NCBI RefSeq assembly: GCF_964213995.1
Contig: NW_027590882.1
Span: 1 to 64,000 of the forward strand
Reading direction: 5' to 3'
DNA: 64,000 nucleotides
From: Mustelus asterias
Lineage: Eukaryota
This document shows, piece by piece, positions 13,086-24,544 of this stretch. The notes under the pieces are model-generated. The model saw only the letters and a program-made list of their open reading frames with translations, was not told the origin of the DNA and ran no database searches. How positions within the stretch are numbered: position 1 is the stretch's first letter; each line of letters starts with the position of its first letter. The translations under genes were made by a program, and so were the position numbers.

Positions 13086-14194
13086 GGCGGAGAGGGGGGC
13101 TGTGGACGCCGGGGTGACCAGAATCGGGGACGTGCTCGATGAGAGAGGGGCGGGCTGGATGAGTCCCCGCGTGCTGGCTGAGCGCGCGGGGATGTCCGTC
13201 TGGCGCGCGACCAACGCCATCCTAGACCTTAGGACGGTCGTGCTCGGCCCCGAAACTGCACGCAAACTTGAGAGCGCAGGCGTGCGGTGGGATCCCGCCC
13301 GAGCGTTCCCCTGTTCGGGCGGAATTCCACATTGGCCCAAAGCCTCAGCCCCCTCCCCTGGGTGAGGTGCCCCACAGCCTGAGCCGCCTCGCGGAAATGC
13401 CCTCCGTGCCTTTTTCTACCGCGCGGAGGCGTTTCCTGTGCGTGCTGCTGCTGCACACCTTCCACTACTGCCTCCTCGCCTGTCGCCCGGATACACCTTG
13501 GCGGGCCTTGTTGCCGCCGGGCGGCGGAGGTCCCCGCTGGAGGTCCCTCAACGGAGGGATCTCCCCCAATTACGTCGGGGACCTGGGGTGGAGGGTGATG
13601 CATGCAGCAGTTCCGCACAACCGTAGGATTCACTGGTTCATGGGCTCCGAAGACTGCCCTTTCTGTGGCCTTGTGGAGTCCGTGGACCATGTCTATGTTG
13701 AGTGTCTTAGGCTGCACTCCCTTTATGTTTTCCTGAAGAACCTTTTATTGATGTTTCGTTTGCACTTCAGTCCCACGCTCCTGATCTACGGACACCCGGT
13801 GCGGAGAGGGGAGGGTCGGGATGGCGACCTCCTCGTGAACCTGCTCCTGGGCCTGGCGAAACGCGCCATTTACCGGTCCAGGCAGCGGGCGATCGAGGGG
13901 GCCGTCCATCCTGACTGTCTTCCCCTCTACCGCGGCTACGTTCGCGGCCAGGTGTCCCTGGAGAGGGAGCATGCGGTGTCCACGGGCGAGGTTGACGCTT
14001 TCCGCGCCCGCTGGGCACCGCAGGGGCTGGGGTGCATTATTGACCCTAATAACCACATTTTAATTTGATGTTTTTAAGTTTCCTTTGCATTTTGATTTCT
14101 GTTCGGGCTGTTCCCCCTCCTTTTTGGGGAGCTGCCCCTTTTACTTTGTCCTGATTTAATTTGAGTTTGTTTACTTGGTTTGACCTAAAAAGAG
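13086..14194 (+). mobile_element. Tx1-clade non-LTR retrotransposon, 5'-truncated copy A
   Basis: Near-identical to 20163-21270. ORF2 C-terminus with CPFC..ESVDHVYVEC zinc motif. Ends CTAAAAAGAG. Confidence 0.93.
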
Positions 14195-14444
14195 GTCTCT
14201 CTGAGTGTAGATTGAGCTTCAGACGGCCTGAGACGTGCCTCCTCTCGGACAACACCCAGTTTTGTTTCCGGGGTGAGGTGGATTCGTGTTCGCCCGTGTA
14301 GCGGAGGGCCCCGGGTCGGAACCGGGCGGAAACTTTGGGAGGGAGGTGAGCTGCTGCCTGTTGCCTGGCCTGCCTGTCGCCTGACCTGCCTGCCTGTCGC
14401 CTGGCCTGCCTGCCTGTTGCCTGGCCTGCCGCCTGGCCTGCCTG

Positions 14445-14735
14445 CCTGCCGCCTGGCCTGCTTACCTGCCTGCCGTCTGGCCTGCTTACCTGCCTGCCTG
14501 CCGTCTGGCCTGCTTACCTGCCTGCCTGCCGTCTGGCCTGCTTACCTGCCTGCCTGCCGTCTGGCCTGCTTACCTGCCTGCCTGCCGTCTGACCTGCTTA
14601 CCTGCCTGCCTGCCGTCTGGCCTGCTTACCTGCCTGCCGTCTGGCCTGCTTCCCTACCTGCCTGCCTGCCGTCTGGACTGCCTGCCTGCCTGCCGTCTGG
14701 GCTGTCTGCCGTCTGGACTGCCTGCTTGCCTGCCA
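14445..14735 (+). repeat. 28-bp minisatellite in Tx1 5'UTR (copy B, about 7 core units)
   Basis: Unit GCCGTCTGGCCTGCTTACCTGCCTGCCT. Confidence 0.9.
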
Positions 14736-15126
14736 TCCGGCCTCTGGGGGGTGCGCTCTCCCCGGGGGGGGGGGGGGAGGAAGAGAGGACAGGGAGTGAC
14801 TGGAGGAGAGGGGGGGGGCGAAGGCGTTTGGACTGTCTCTTTTCCATCTGCAGTGGGGGGGGGTGAAGACCTTTCCTATTTCCCCTACCCACTACTGCTG
14901 CCCCGGGACCGGCACCCCCTCCCCTTTTCCCTCCTGACTGGGGCACCGGCCTTGTGCCTCATCTCCCTCCCGCTCCTCCAACCTCCTCTCTCCCTCTCTC
15001 GCTCCGGGGAGAGAGCACCTACACCCTTCCCCGCCTACCCCACCCTGCCTTATCTTCCCCATCCCACATACGCCCTGCCGTGCATCTGGGCAGTCTCGGG
15101 GTGGGTGTAGCACTTCCCCTGATACC

Positions 15127-17225
15127 ATGGCGACATCACCAGCGTCGCCGGTGGCAGGGCCTTCTCGGCCCACCTATGCGGGCGTGGCGGCTGCCAGAGC
15201 CCCCGCCGCTCCCAAGGCCCTGCCGCCATTCTCTTTAATCACGCGGCAGCTCGGGGTGAAGTGCTACGCCCACCCCGACATGTCTATCGAGGCCTGCGTT
15301 AAGGCAATGGCTGGGGTTGTCGGCCCCTCAGCCATTGTCGCGGCCTCAAAGATGTACGGCCGGGCCGTATTCTTCCTGAAGGCCGAGCGGGCGGTTCGCC
15401 TCGCCCTGGAAAAGGGGCTCACGGTGGGCGGGACGTTCCTGGCGGTGGACCCATTGGAGGCCACCGCCCACAAGATAGTAATATCGAACGTCCCGCCCTT
15501 CCTACCGAGTGAGCTCCTCCTCCCCCACCTCCATCTACTGGGGGAGGTCAGGTCCGGGGTGCAGCCGATCCCGCTCGGCCTTCGGGACCCCTCCCTCCGC
15601 CATATTTACTCCTTCCGGCGCCAGGTTTTTGTCCGCCTGGCCCGGGAGGAGGAACTGGAGGGAGGTTTCAATGTCCCCCACGAGGGGACCACGTACCGGG
15701 TCTTTTGGTCCGCGGACGGTGTGCGGTGCCATGCCTGTAAGGAGGCGGGGCACGTGCGGAAAAACTGCCCCGTCTCCAAGGCCGCCGACCACCAACCCAA
15801 GGTGGCCGCAGCTGGCACCGCAGCCCCCTCTCCCCCCAAGCGAGTACCATCTGCCCCCCCGCGAGGGGAGGCCACGCCGGCAGCAGCTGCCACCTCAGCT
15901 GCCGGCGGGGGGGGAGCGGAGCCCCCGCGCGGCCAAAAGGCCCAGAAGGGACCTACAAAAAAGAAGGGGGGTACCGGAACCCCGGCCCCCAGGGAAAACA
16001 CCCCAACCACCCCGGCAGCCGGCTCGGGGACCGCCTCAGTCTCCACCTGCGCCCCCCCCCCCACCACCACCACCATCTGCCGGGCCCGTGGGCTCTCCGG
16101 GGCCTAGTGCTGGGTCCGGCACCCGGGATCATGGGCCCGAGCATGGGGGGGTAAGCGACCCCGAGCCGGCAAAACTGGCGACGCCGCCACCTCGGGGGGA
16201 AGTGACGGGAGAGCAGGGGGGGCGCGGCAAGGCGAAGAGGGGCGGAGGGCGAGGGGCCTCGCCTGCCCGAGGGCAGGTTAACAAAAAGAGGCGGGGCCCC
16301 TCGGGCACCGTAGAGTTCGAGGTCTGCGTGCCCCTCCCCCCTTGTGAGTCATCTCCTGCCGTGCCCCCACCTGTCTTTGTGCCTTGTCCCCAGAAAAAAG
16401 GGGGCAAGGCACCCTGCAAATCCAAGCATGTGTTGCCTCAGTCCCCCGGCGAGGAGTCTCCGGGGCCGGGTGGCAGCGGGGCCCCCACGGTTCCGTTCCA
16501 CCCGGCCGGTTACAACCCGGAGTTCTTCTTCAGTCTGTCGGGGGACTGGGGCGACACTCCAATGTTCATGTCCTCGTGCGGCGGTGGCGAAGAGACGATC
16601 CACTCGTCCTCTCCGTCCCGACCTTGGACGCTGGACATCCCCAACCTCAGTCCGAAGGATACACCGGACCTGGGGGGTGTCCAAGCGTCTGGGGCGGGGG
16701 GGGGCGGCTGGGCCGCCGTCGCACGGGGGCCCGCAATCCGGGAAAGGTGAGCCCGGGGGGAACCCCTCCTCCACCGATCCTGGGGGTGGGATCGGGGAGG
16801 GGCTAGGGCTAGTTGGTGGCTCCGTGCCGCCCGCCGTACGTCCTGCGGCGGGGGACTCGGAGTCGAGGGGCGACCGCCCTGAGGAGGTCAGCGGCTCGGT
16901 GGGGGGCACGGGGACACTTTCAGAGTCTGCCCAGAGCGAGGCGGGGGACTCCCTCGTGCCCCCCACCGAGTCGTCCCTCATCCCCTCCAAGGACCTCAGG
17001 GTCTTTATCCGTAGCCATTCCGGTCGCTCCGACATAATCCGGCTAGCCCTCGGCCGCTGGCCGGACCTGGCGCAGCTCGTCCGGTCCGTGAAGGCATGCT
17101 CGCATGCCTCCGCGGGCCTGGAGAAAATAGAGCGGCGCTGGGTACTGCGGTTCCTCCACAGGCTCGAAAAGGTGGGGGGTGGACTGGTGAGAATTGCGCC
17201 AGCGCCCCCCCACACACCTAGTTAA
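15127..17225 (+). pseudogene. Tx1 ORF1 of copy B (CCHC knuckle), two homopolymer frameshifts
   Basis: MATSPASP...CHACKEAGHVRKNC. Shifts lie in the poly-C near 16055 and the poly-G near 16700 relative to copy C. Confidence 0.85.
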
Positions 17226-17253
17226 GTGGTGACGGTGGCACAAAGCTGCTGAC

Positions 17254-20200
17254 ATGAAGGTGACCATAGCCAGCCTCAACATCAACGGCAGCAGTGGGCC
17301 ACACCGCAGGTTCCAGAACTTCTCGGTCCTCCGTGACGGGAAGTATGCGGTGTGTTTCCTGCAGGAAACCCACACCGTTCCGGGAGACGAAGCCCAATGG
17401 CTCCTGGAGTGGCGAGGGGGGGTCTACATGAGCCACCTCACGCTCGCTTCTTGCGGGGTGGCTATCTTGTTGGCCCCGCATTATAAGCCGGAGATCTTGG
17501 GGGTCAAGGAGCCGGTGCCAGGCCGGTTGCTGCACTTGACGGTCCGTGAGGGGGGCGTGGTCATTCACTTGCTGAATGTCTACGCCCCGACCGCTGGACC
17601 GCAGCAAACGACTTTCTACGAGAAAGTGTCCGCTCACATCGACACCATCGCGGGGGGTGAATGCATTATCCTCGGGGGAGATTTCAACTGCCTCCTCGAG
17701 GCACGGGACCGCACCGGCCCCTGGCTGCGCACTCCGGCGGTGGTGAAGTTGCGGGACCTGATCGGGTCCCACGACTTGGTGGACGTCTGGAGACATCTCC
17801 ATCCTGGCTCCAGCGCCTTCACTTTCGTGAGGCCTGGAGTCGGAGCGTCCAGGCTCGACCGCCTTTACATTTCGAAGGCGCACGTGTCCGGCGTGTCCTC
17901 GGTCTCCATGCGGCCGGTGTCGAGCACGGACCACAGCCTGGTGTGGGCGGACTTTGCGCCGTCTCGCATCCGGCGGGGGTCCGCGTACTGGCACTTTAAC
18001 AACACGCTGCTGGAGGACGAGCGCTTCCTGGACTCGTTCCGTCGATTCTGGGCCGGCTGGAGAAGGAAGCGGGGAGGCTTCCCCTCCTTGAGGCTCTGGT
18101 GGGATGTGGGCAAGACTCACGTCCGTACCTTCTGTCAGGGGTACGCGAGGGGGTCGACAAAGAGGCGGAAATCCAGGCTCGAGGAGTTGGAGAAGGAGGT
18201 GCTCGACCTGGAGGCACGTCTCAGTCGGCCTGACGCGGACCCGGCCCTGCGTTCGGAGTACAGGGAGAAGAAGGACGCGCTGCGGGACCTGCAGCTTGCC
18301 AGGTCTCGCGGCGCGTACGTGAGGTCGCGGCTCCAGTTCCAGGTGGACCTGGACCGCGGCTCCCCCTTCTTCTACTCGCTGGAAAGAGGGCGGGCTAACC
18401 GTCAGCAGCTCCTTACGCTGCTGGCCGACGACGGTTCCCCCGTCTCGGATCCGGAGGGCATCCGGGCCATTGCCCGGGAGTATTACACCTCGCTCTTCTC
18501 TCCGGATCCGTCCAGCGAGGATGCCCGCAGACTTCTGTGGGAGGACCTGCCGCAGGTCAGCCCGGAGGGCGTCGGCAGGCTCGAGGCCCCTACCACCATG
18601 GCCGAGCTGACCGGCGCCCGAAATGGCCTCAGCCGGGGCAAGGCCCCTGGGAAGGACGGGCTGACAGTAGAGTTCTTCAGGGCGTTCTGGGACGTCCTGG
18701 GGAGCGACTACACGGGGGTCCTGGGGGAGAGCGTCGCTACCGGGGAGATGCCCCTTTCGTGGCGCAGGGCCGTCATTGCCCTGCTGCCCAAGAAGGGGGA
18801 TCTCCACCTGCTCAAGAACTGGCGCCCGGTCTCCCTCCTCAGCACGGATTATAAAATCTTTGCCAGGGCTATGGCTTCACGCCTTGGATCCGTGCTGGAC
18901 CACTTGATCCACCCTGACCAGTCCTACACGGTCCCGGGCCGTTGCATACATGACAATCTCCACCTGGTCCGGGACCTAATCCATCACACCCAGAGGGCTG
19001 GTCTGTCGGGCGCCTTCTTGTCATTAGATCAGGAGAAGGCGTTCGACAGGGTGGAGCACGAGTATTTACTCGGGACTCTGCGGGCATTCGGGTTCGGGAC
19101 GCATTTTGTCGCCCGGATCCGATTACTGTACTCTGCCGCAGAGTGTCTGATTAAGGTTAACGGGTCCCTGACGGCGCCCCTTCGCTTCGGGAGAGGAGTA
19201 CGGCAGGGCTGCCCCTTGTCCGGCCAACTGTATTCCGTATGCGTGGAGCCATTCCTGCGCCTCTTGCGGAGGAGGTTGTCAGGTTTGGTCCTGCGCGGAC
19301 CGGACGTAGGGGTGGTCCTGTCAGCTTACGCCGACGACGTGCTCCTCATGTTCACGGACCCGGCTGACCTGCGGAGGATGCGAGAATGCCAGGCGGTGTA
19401 CTCCGCCGCGTCCTCCGCCAGGATCAACTGGGCCAAGTGCTCCGGACTCCTTGTCGGTCCTTGGGAGACGGACCCCCTCCCGGAGGAGCTCAGGCCTTTC
19501 ACCTGGAGCAGGACCGACCTCCTCTACTTGGGGGCCCATCTCTGCCCAGCCGAGGAATCCTGGCCGGCGAACTGGCGGGAGCTGGAGGCCAAAGTCTCCG
19601 CCCGCCTGGGTCGCTGGACAGGACTGCTCCGAGTGCTGTCCTACGGGGCGCGAGCTCGCGTCATAAACCAGCTGGTCGCCTCCATGCTGTGGTACCGGCT
19701 GGTCCCTTTGACCCCTCCCCCTGGCTTTGTCACCGATATCCAGAGAACCCTCGTGCGGTTCTTCTGGGGCAATCGACTGCACTGGGTCCCTGCTGCGGTC
19801 CTGTATCTCCCGCTTGAGGAGGGCGGACAAGGTCTGGTGTGCCTCCGCACTCAGATAGCGACCTTCCGCCTCCAGGCCCTGCAGAGGTACCTTTACGTTG
19901 AGCCCCCTCCACAGTGGTGTGCCATGGCGACGTATTTCTTCCGCCAGTGGCACGGCCTCAATTATGACGTGCAGCTCCTGCATATCGAACTGGGGCGTGT
20001 TTCGACCTCCCTGCAGGAGTTGCCCGTCTTTTACCAGGACCTCCTCACTGTCTGGAACAAGGTCGCCTCGCGACGCAGCTCTCCCCCGTCAGGAGTAGCG
20101 GCTCTCGTGCGAGAGCCGCTGCTCAGGAATCCGCTCCTCCAGCCGTATAACTTCAGGTGGCTGGCGGAGAGGGGGGCTGTGGACGCCGGGGTGACCAGAA

Positions 20201-21144
20201 TCGGGGACGTGCTCGATGGCGGAGGAGCGGGCTGGATGAGTCCCCACGTGCTGGCTGAGCGCGCGGGGACGTCCGTCCGGCGCGCGGCCAAAGCCATCCT
20301 AGACCTTCGGACGGTCGTGCTCGGCCCGAAACTGCACGCAAACTTGAGACGGCGCAGGCGTGCGGTGGGATCCCGCCCGAGCGTTCCCCTGTTCGGACGG
20401 AATTCCACATTGGCCCAAAGCCTCAGCCCCCTCCCCTGGGTGAGGTGCCCCACAGCCTGAGCCGCCTCGCGGAAATGTCCTCCGTGCCTTTCTCCCGCGC
20501 GGAGGCGTTTCCTGTGCGGGCTGCTGCTGCACACCCTCCACTACCGCCTCCTCGCCTGTCGCCCGGATACACCTTGGCGGGCCTTGTTGCCGCCGGGCGG
20601 CGGAGGTCCCCACTGGAGGTCCCTCTACGGAGGGATCTCCCCCAATTACGTCGGGGACCTGGGGTGGAGGGTGATGCATGCAGCAGTTCCGCACAACCGT
20701 AGGATTCACTGGTTCACGGGCTCCGAAGACTGCCCTTTCTGTGGCCTTGTGGAGTCCGTGGACCATGTCTATGTTGTGTGTCTTAGGCTGCACTCCCTTT
20801 ATGTTTTCCTGAAGAACCTTTTATTGATGTTTTGTTTGCACTTCAGTCCCACGCTCCTGATCTACGGACACCCGGTGCGGAGAGGGGAGGGTCGGGATGG
20901 CGACCTCCTCGTGAACCTGCTCCTGGGCCTGGCGAAACGCGCCATTTACCGGTCCAGGCAGCGGGCGATCGAGGGGGCCGTCCATCCTGACTGTCTTCCC
21001 CTCTACCGCGGCTACGTTCACGGCCAGGTGTCCCTGGAGAGGGAGCATGCGGTGTCCACGGGCGAGGTTGACGCTTTCCGCGCCCGCTGGGCACCGCAGG
21101 GGTTGGGGTGCATTATTGACCCTAATAATCACATTTTAATTTGA
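17254..21144 (+). CDS. Tx1 ORF2 of copy B: AP endonuclease + reverse transcriptase + C-terminal Cys/His motif
   Basis: SLNING, LQETH, GGDFN, SRLDR, TDH (APE). WRPVSLL, DQEKAFD, GVRQGCPLS, YADD (RT). Open for about 1025 codons, then small indels near 20327 and 20490. Confidence 0.93.
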
Positions 21145-21594
21145 TGTTTTTAAGTTTCCTTTGCATTTTGATTTCTGTTCGGGCTGTTCCCCCTCCTTTT
21201 TGGGGAGCTGCCCCTTTTACTTTGTCCTGATTTAATTTGAGTTTGTTTACTTGGTTTGACCTAAAAAGAGGTCTCTGAGTGAAGATTGAGCTTCAGACGG
21301 CCTGAAACGTGCCTCCTCTGGGGCAGCGCCTGCACTTTGTTTCCGGGGTGGGGTGAGTTCACGTTCGCCCGAGTAGCGGGGGGCCCCGGGTCGGAGCCGG
21401 GCGGAAACTGTGGGTTTGTTTTCTTTTCTTTTTTTGTGAGTACCTTTATTTTTTTTTTCTCGTTTTTGCTCACGGAGACGCCCGGTTTTTGTTTTTGTTT
21501 TGTTGGGTTTGTTTGTTTTTCGTTCCCTGCGGGGAGGAAGGAGGGAGGTGAGCTGCTGCCTGCCTTGCCCGGCCTGCCTGTTGCCTGCCTGCCT

Positions 21595-21995
21595 GCCGTC
21601 TGGCCTGCTTACCTGCCTGCCTGCCGTCTGGCCTGCTTACCTGCCTGCCTGCCGTCTGGCCTGCTTACCTGCCTGCCTGCCGTCTGGCCTGCTTACCTGC
21701 CTGCCTGCCGTCTGGCCTGCTTACCTGCCTGCCTGCCATCTGGCCTGCTTACCTGCCTGCCTGCCGTCTGGCCTGCTTACCTGCCTGCCTGCCGTCTGGC
21801 CTGCTTACCTGCCTGCCTGCCGTCTGGCCTGCTTACCTGCCTGCCTGCCGTCTGGCCTGCTTACCTGCCTGCCTGCCGTCTGGCCTGCTTACCTGCCTGC
21901 CTGCCGTCTGGCCTGCTTACCTACCTGCCTGCCTGCCGTCTGGACTGCCTGCCTGCCTGCTTGCCGTCTAGCCTGCCTGCCGTCTGGACTGCCTG
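21595..21995 (+). repeat. 28-bp minisatellite in Tx1 5'UTR (copy C, about 12 core units)
   Basis: Units start every 28 nt from 21595 to 21903, then degenerate. Confidence 0.92.
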
Positions 21996-22419
21996 ACTGC
22001 CTGCTTGCCTGCCATCCGGCCTCTGGAGGGTGCGCTCTCCCCGGGGGGGGGGGGGAGGAAGAGAGGACAGGGAGTGACTGGAGGAGAGGGGGGGGGCGAA
22101 GGCGTTTGGACTGTCTCTTTTCCATCTGCAGTGGGGGGGGGTGAAGACCTTTCCTATTTCCCCTACCCACTACTGCTGCCCCCGGGACCGGCACCCCCTC
22201 CCCTTTTCCCTCCTGACTGGGGCACCGGCCTTGTGCCTCATCTCCCTCCTGCTCCTCCAACCTCCTCTCTCCCTCTCTCGCTCCGGGGAGAGAGCACCTA
22301 CACCCTTCCCCGCCTACCCCACCCTGCCTTCCCCACCCTGCCTTATCTTCCCCATCCCACATACGCCCTGCCGTGCATCTGGGCAGTCTCGGGGTGGGTG
22401 TAGCACTTCCCCTGATACC

Positions 22420-24516
22420 ATGGCGACATCACCAGCGTCGCCGGTGGCAGGGCCTTCTCGGCCCACCTATGCGGGCGTGGCGGCTGCCAGAGCCCCCGCC
22501 GCTCCCAAGGCCCTGCCGCCATTCTCTTTAATCACGCGGCAGCTCGGGGTGAAGTGCTACGCCCACCCCGACATGTCTATCGAGGCCTGCGTTAAGGCAA
22601 TGGCTGGGGTTGTCGGCCCCTCAGCCATTGTCGCGGCCTCAAAGATGTACGGCCGGGCCGTATTCTTCCTGAAGGCCGAGCGGGCGGTTCGCCTCGCCCT
22701 GGAAAAGGGGCTCACGGTGGGCGGGACGTTCCTGGCGGTGGACCCATTGGAGGCCACCGCCCACAAGATAGTAATATCGAACGTCCCGCCCTTCCTACCG
22801 AGTGAGCTCCTCCTCCCCCACCTCCATCTACTGGGGGAGGTCAGGTCCGGGGTGCAGCCGATCCCGCTCGGCCTTCGGGACCCCTCCCTCCGCCACATAT
22901 ACTCCTTCCGGCGCCAGGTTTTTGTCCGCCTGGCCCGGGAGGAGGAACTGGAGGGAGGGTTCAATGTCCCCCACGAGGGGACCACGTACCGGGTCTTTTG
23001 GTCCGCGGACGGTGTGCGGTGCCATGCCTGTAAGGAGGCGGGGCACGTGAGAAAAAACTGCCCCGTCTCCAAGGCCGCCGACCACCAACCCAAGGCGGCC
23101 GCAGCTGGCACCGCAGCCCCCTCTCCCCCCAAGCGAGTACCATCTGCCCCCCCGCGAGGGGAGGCCACGCCGGTAGCAGCTGCCACCTCAGCTGCCGGCG
23201 GGGGGGGAGCGGAGCCCCCGCGCGGCCAAAAGGCCCAGAAGGGACCTACAAAAAAGAAGGGGGGTACCGGAACCCCGGCCCCCAGGGAAAACACCCCAAC
23301 CACCCCGGCAGCCGGCTCGGGGACCGCCTCAGTCTCCACCTGCGCACCCCCCCCACCACCACCACCATCTGCCGGGCCCGTGGGCTCTCCGGGGCCTAGT
23401 GCTGGGTCCGGCGCCCGGGATCATGGGCCCGAGCATGGGGGGGTAAGCGACCCCGAGCCGGCAAAACTGGCGACGCCGCCACCTCGGGGGGAAGTGACGG
23501 GAGAGCAGGGGGGGCGCGGCAAGGCGAAGAGGGGCGGAGGGCGAGGGGCCTCGCCTGCCCGAGGGCAGGTTAACAAAAAGAGGCGGGGCCCCTCGGGCAC
23601 CGTAGAGTTCGAGGTCTGCGTGCCCCTCCCTCCTTGTGAGTCATCTCCTGCCGTGCCCCCACCTGTCTTTGTGCCTTGTCCCGCGAAAAAAGGGGGCAAG
23701 GCACCCTGTAAATCCAAGCATGTGTTGCCTCAGTCCCCCGGCGAGGAGTCTCCGGGGCCGGGTGGCAGCGGGACCCCCACGGTTCCGTTCCACCCGGCCG
23801 GTTACAACCCGGAGTTCTTCTTCAGTCTGTCGGGGGACTGGGGCGACACTCCAATGTTCACGTCCTCGTGCGGCGGTGGCGAAGAGACGATCCACTCGTC
23901 CTCTCCGTCCCGACCTTGGACGCTGGACATCCCCAACCTCAGTCCGAAAGATACACCGGACCTGGGGGGTGTCCAAGCGTCTGGGGCGGGGGGGGCGGCT
24001 GGGCCGCCGTCGCACGGGGGCCCGCAATCCGGGAAAGGTGAGCCCGGGGGGAACCCCTCCTCCACCGATCCTGGGGGTGGGATCGGGGAGGGGCTAGGGC
24101 TAGTTGGTGGCTCCGTGCCGCCCGCCGTACGTCCTGCGGCGGGGGACTCGGAGTCGAGGGGCGACCGCCCTGAGGAGGTCAGCGGCTCGGTGGAGGGCAC
24201 GGGGACACTTTCAGAGTCTGCCCAGAGCGAGGCGGGGGACTCCCTCGTGCCCCCCACCGAGTCGTCCCTCATCCCCTCCAAGGACCTCAGGGTCTTTATC
24301 CGTAACCATTCCGGTCGCTCCGACATAATCCGGCTAGCCCTCGGCCGCTGGCCGGACCTGGCGCAGCTCGTCCGGTCCGTGAAGGCATGCTCGCATGCCT
24401 CCGCGGGCCTGGAGAAAATAGAGCGGCGCTGGGTACTGCGGTTCCTCCACAGGCTCGAAAAGGTGGAGGGTGGACTGGTGAGAATTGCGCCAGCGCCCCC
24501 CCACACACCTAGTTAA
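22420..24516 (+). CDS. Intact Tx1 ORF1 of copy C (698 aa, CCHC zinc knuckle, long low-complexity linker)
   Basis: ACCATGG start, uninterrupted frame, CHACKEAGHVRKNC motif. Confidence 0.88.
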   Translation: MATSPASPVAGPSRPTYAGVAAARAPAAPKALPPFSLITRQLGVKCYAHPDMSIEACVKAMAGVVGPSAIVAASKMYGRAVFFLKAERAVRLALEKGLTVGGTFLAVDPLEATAHKIVISNVPPFLPSELLLPHLHLLGEVRSGVQPIPLGLRDPSLRHIYSFRRQVFVRLAREEELEGGFNVPHEGTTYRVFWSADGVRCHACKEAGHVRKNCPVSKAADHQPKAAAAGTAAPSPPKRVPSAPPRGEATPVAAATSAAGGGGAEPPRGQKAQKGPTKKKGGTGTPAPRENTPTTPAAGSGTASVSTCAPPPPPPPSAGPVGSPGPSAGSGARDHGPEHGGVSDPEPAKLATPPPRGEVTGEQGGRGKAKRGGGRGASPARGQVNKKRRGPSGTVEFEVCVPLPPCESSPAVPPPVFVPCPAKKGGKAPCKSKHVLPQSPGEESPGPGGSGTPTVPFHPAGYNPEFFFSLSGDWGDTPMFTSSCGGGEETIHSSSPSRPWTLDIPNLSPKDTPDLGGVQASGAGGAAGPPSHGGPQSGKGEPGGNPSSTDPGGGIGEGLGLVGGSVPPAVRPAAGDSESRGDRPEEVSGSVEGTGTLSESAQSEAGDSLVPPTESSLIPSKDLRVFIRNHSGRSDIIRLALGRWPDLAQLVRSVKACSHASAGLEKIERRWVLRFLHRLEKVEGGLVRIAPAPPHTPS

Positions 24517-24544
24517 GTGGTGACGGTGGCACAAAGCTGCTGAC

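Larger units (their letters stand above)
14195..21270 (+). mobile_element. Tx1-clade non-LTR retrotransposon, full-length copy B
   Basis: 5'UTR with minisatellite, ORF1 (frameshifted), ORF2 (APE-RT-zinc finger) and T-rich 3'UTR ending CTAAAAAGAG. Confidence 0.95.

Noticed and set aside
17218-18807. 529-aa minus-strand ORF (and similar ones over 15-27 kb)
   Set aside because: Antisense shadows of GC-rich Tx1 ORFs with no domain motifs.
21286-22144. Cys/Leu/Pro-rich repeat proteins
   Set aside because: Translations of the 28-bp minisatellite.
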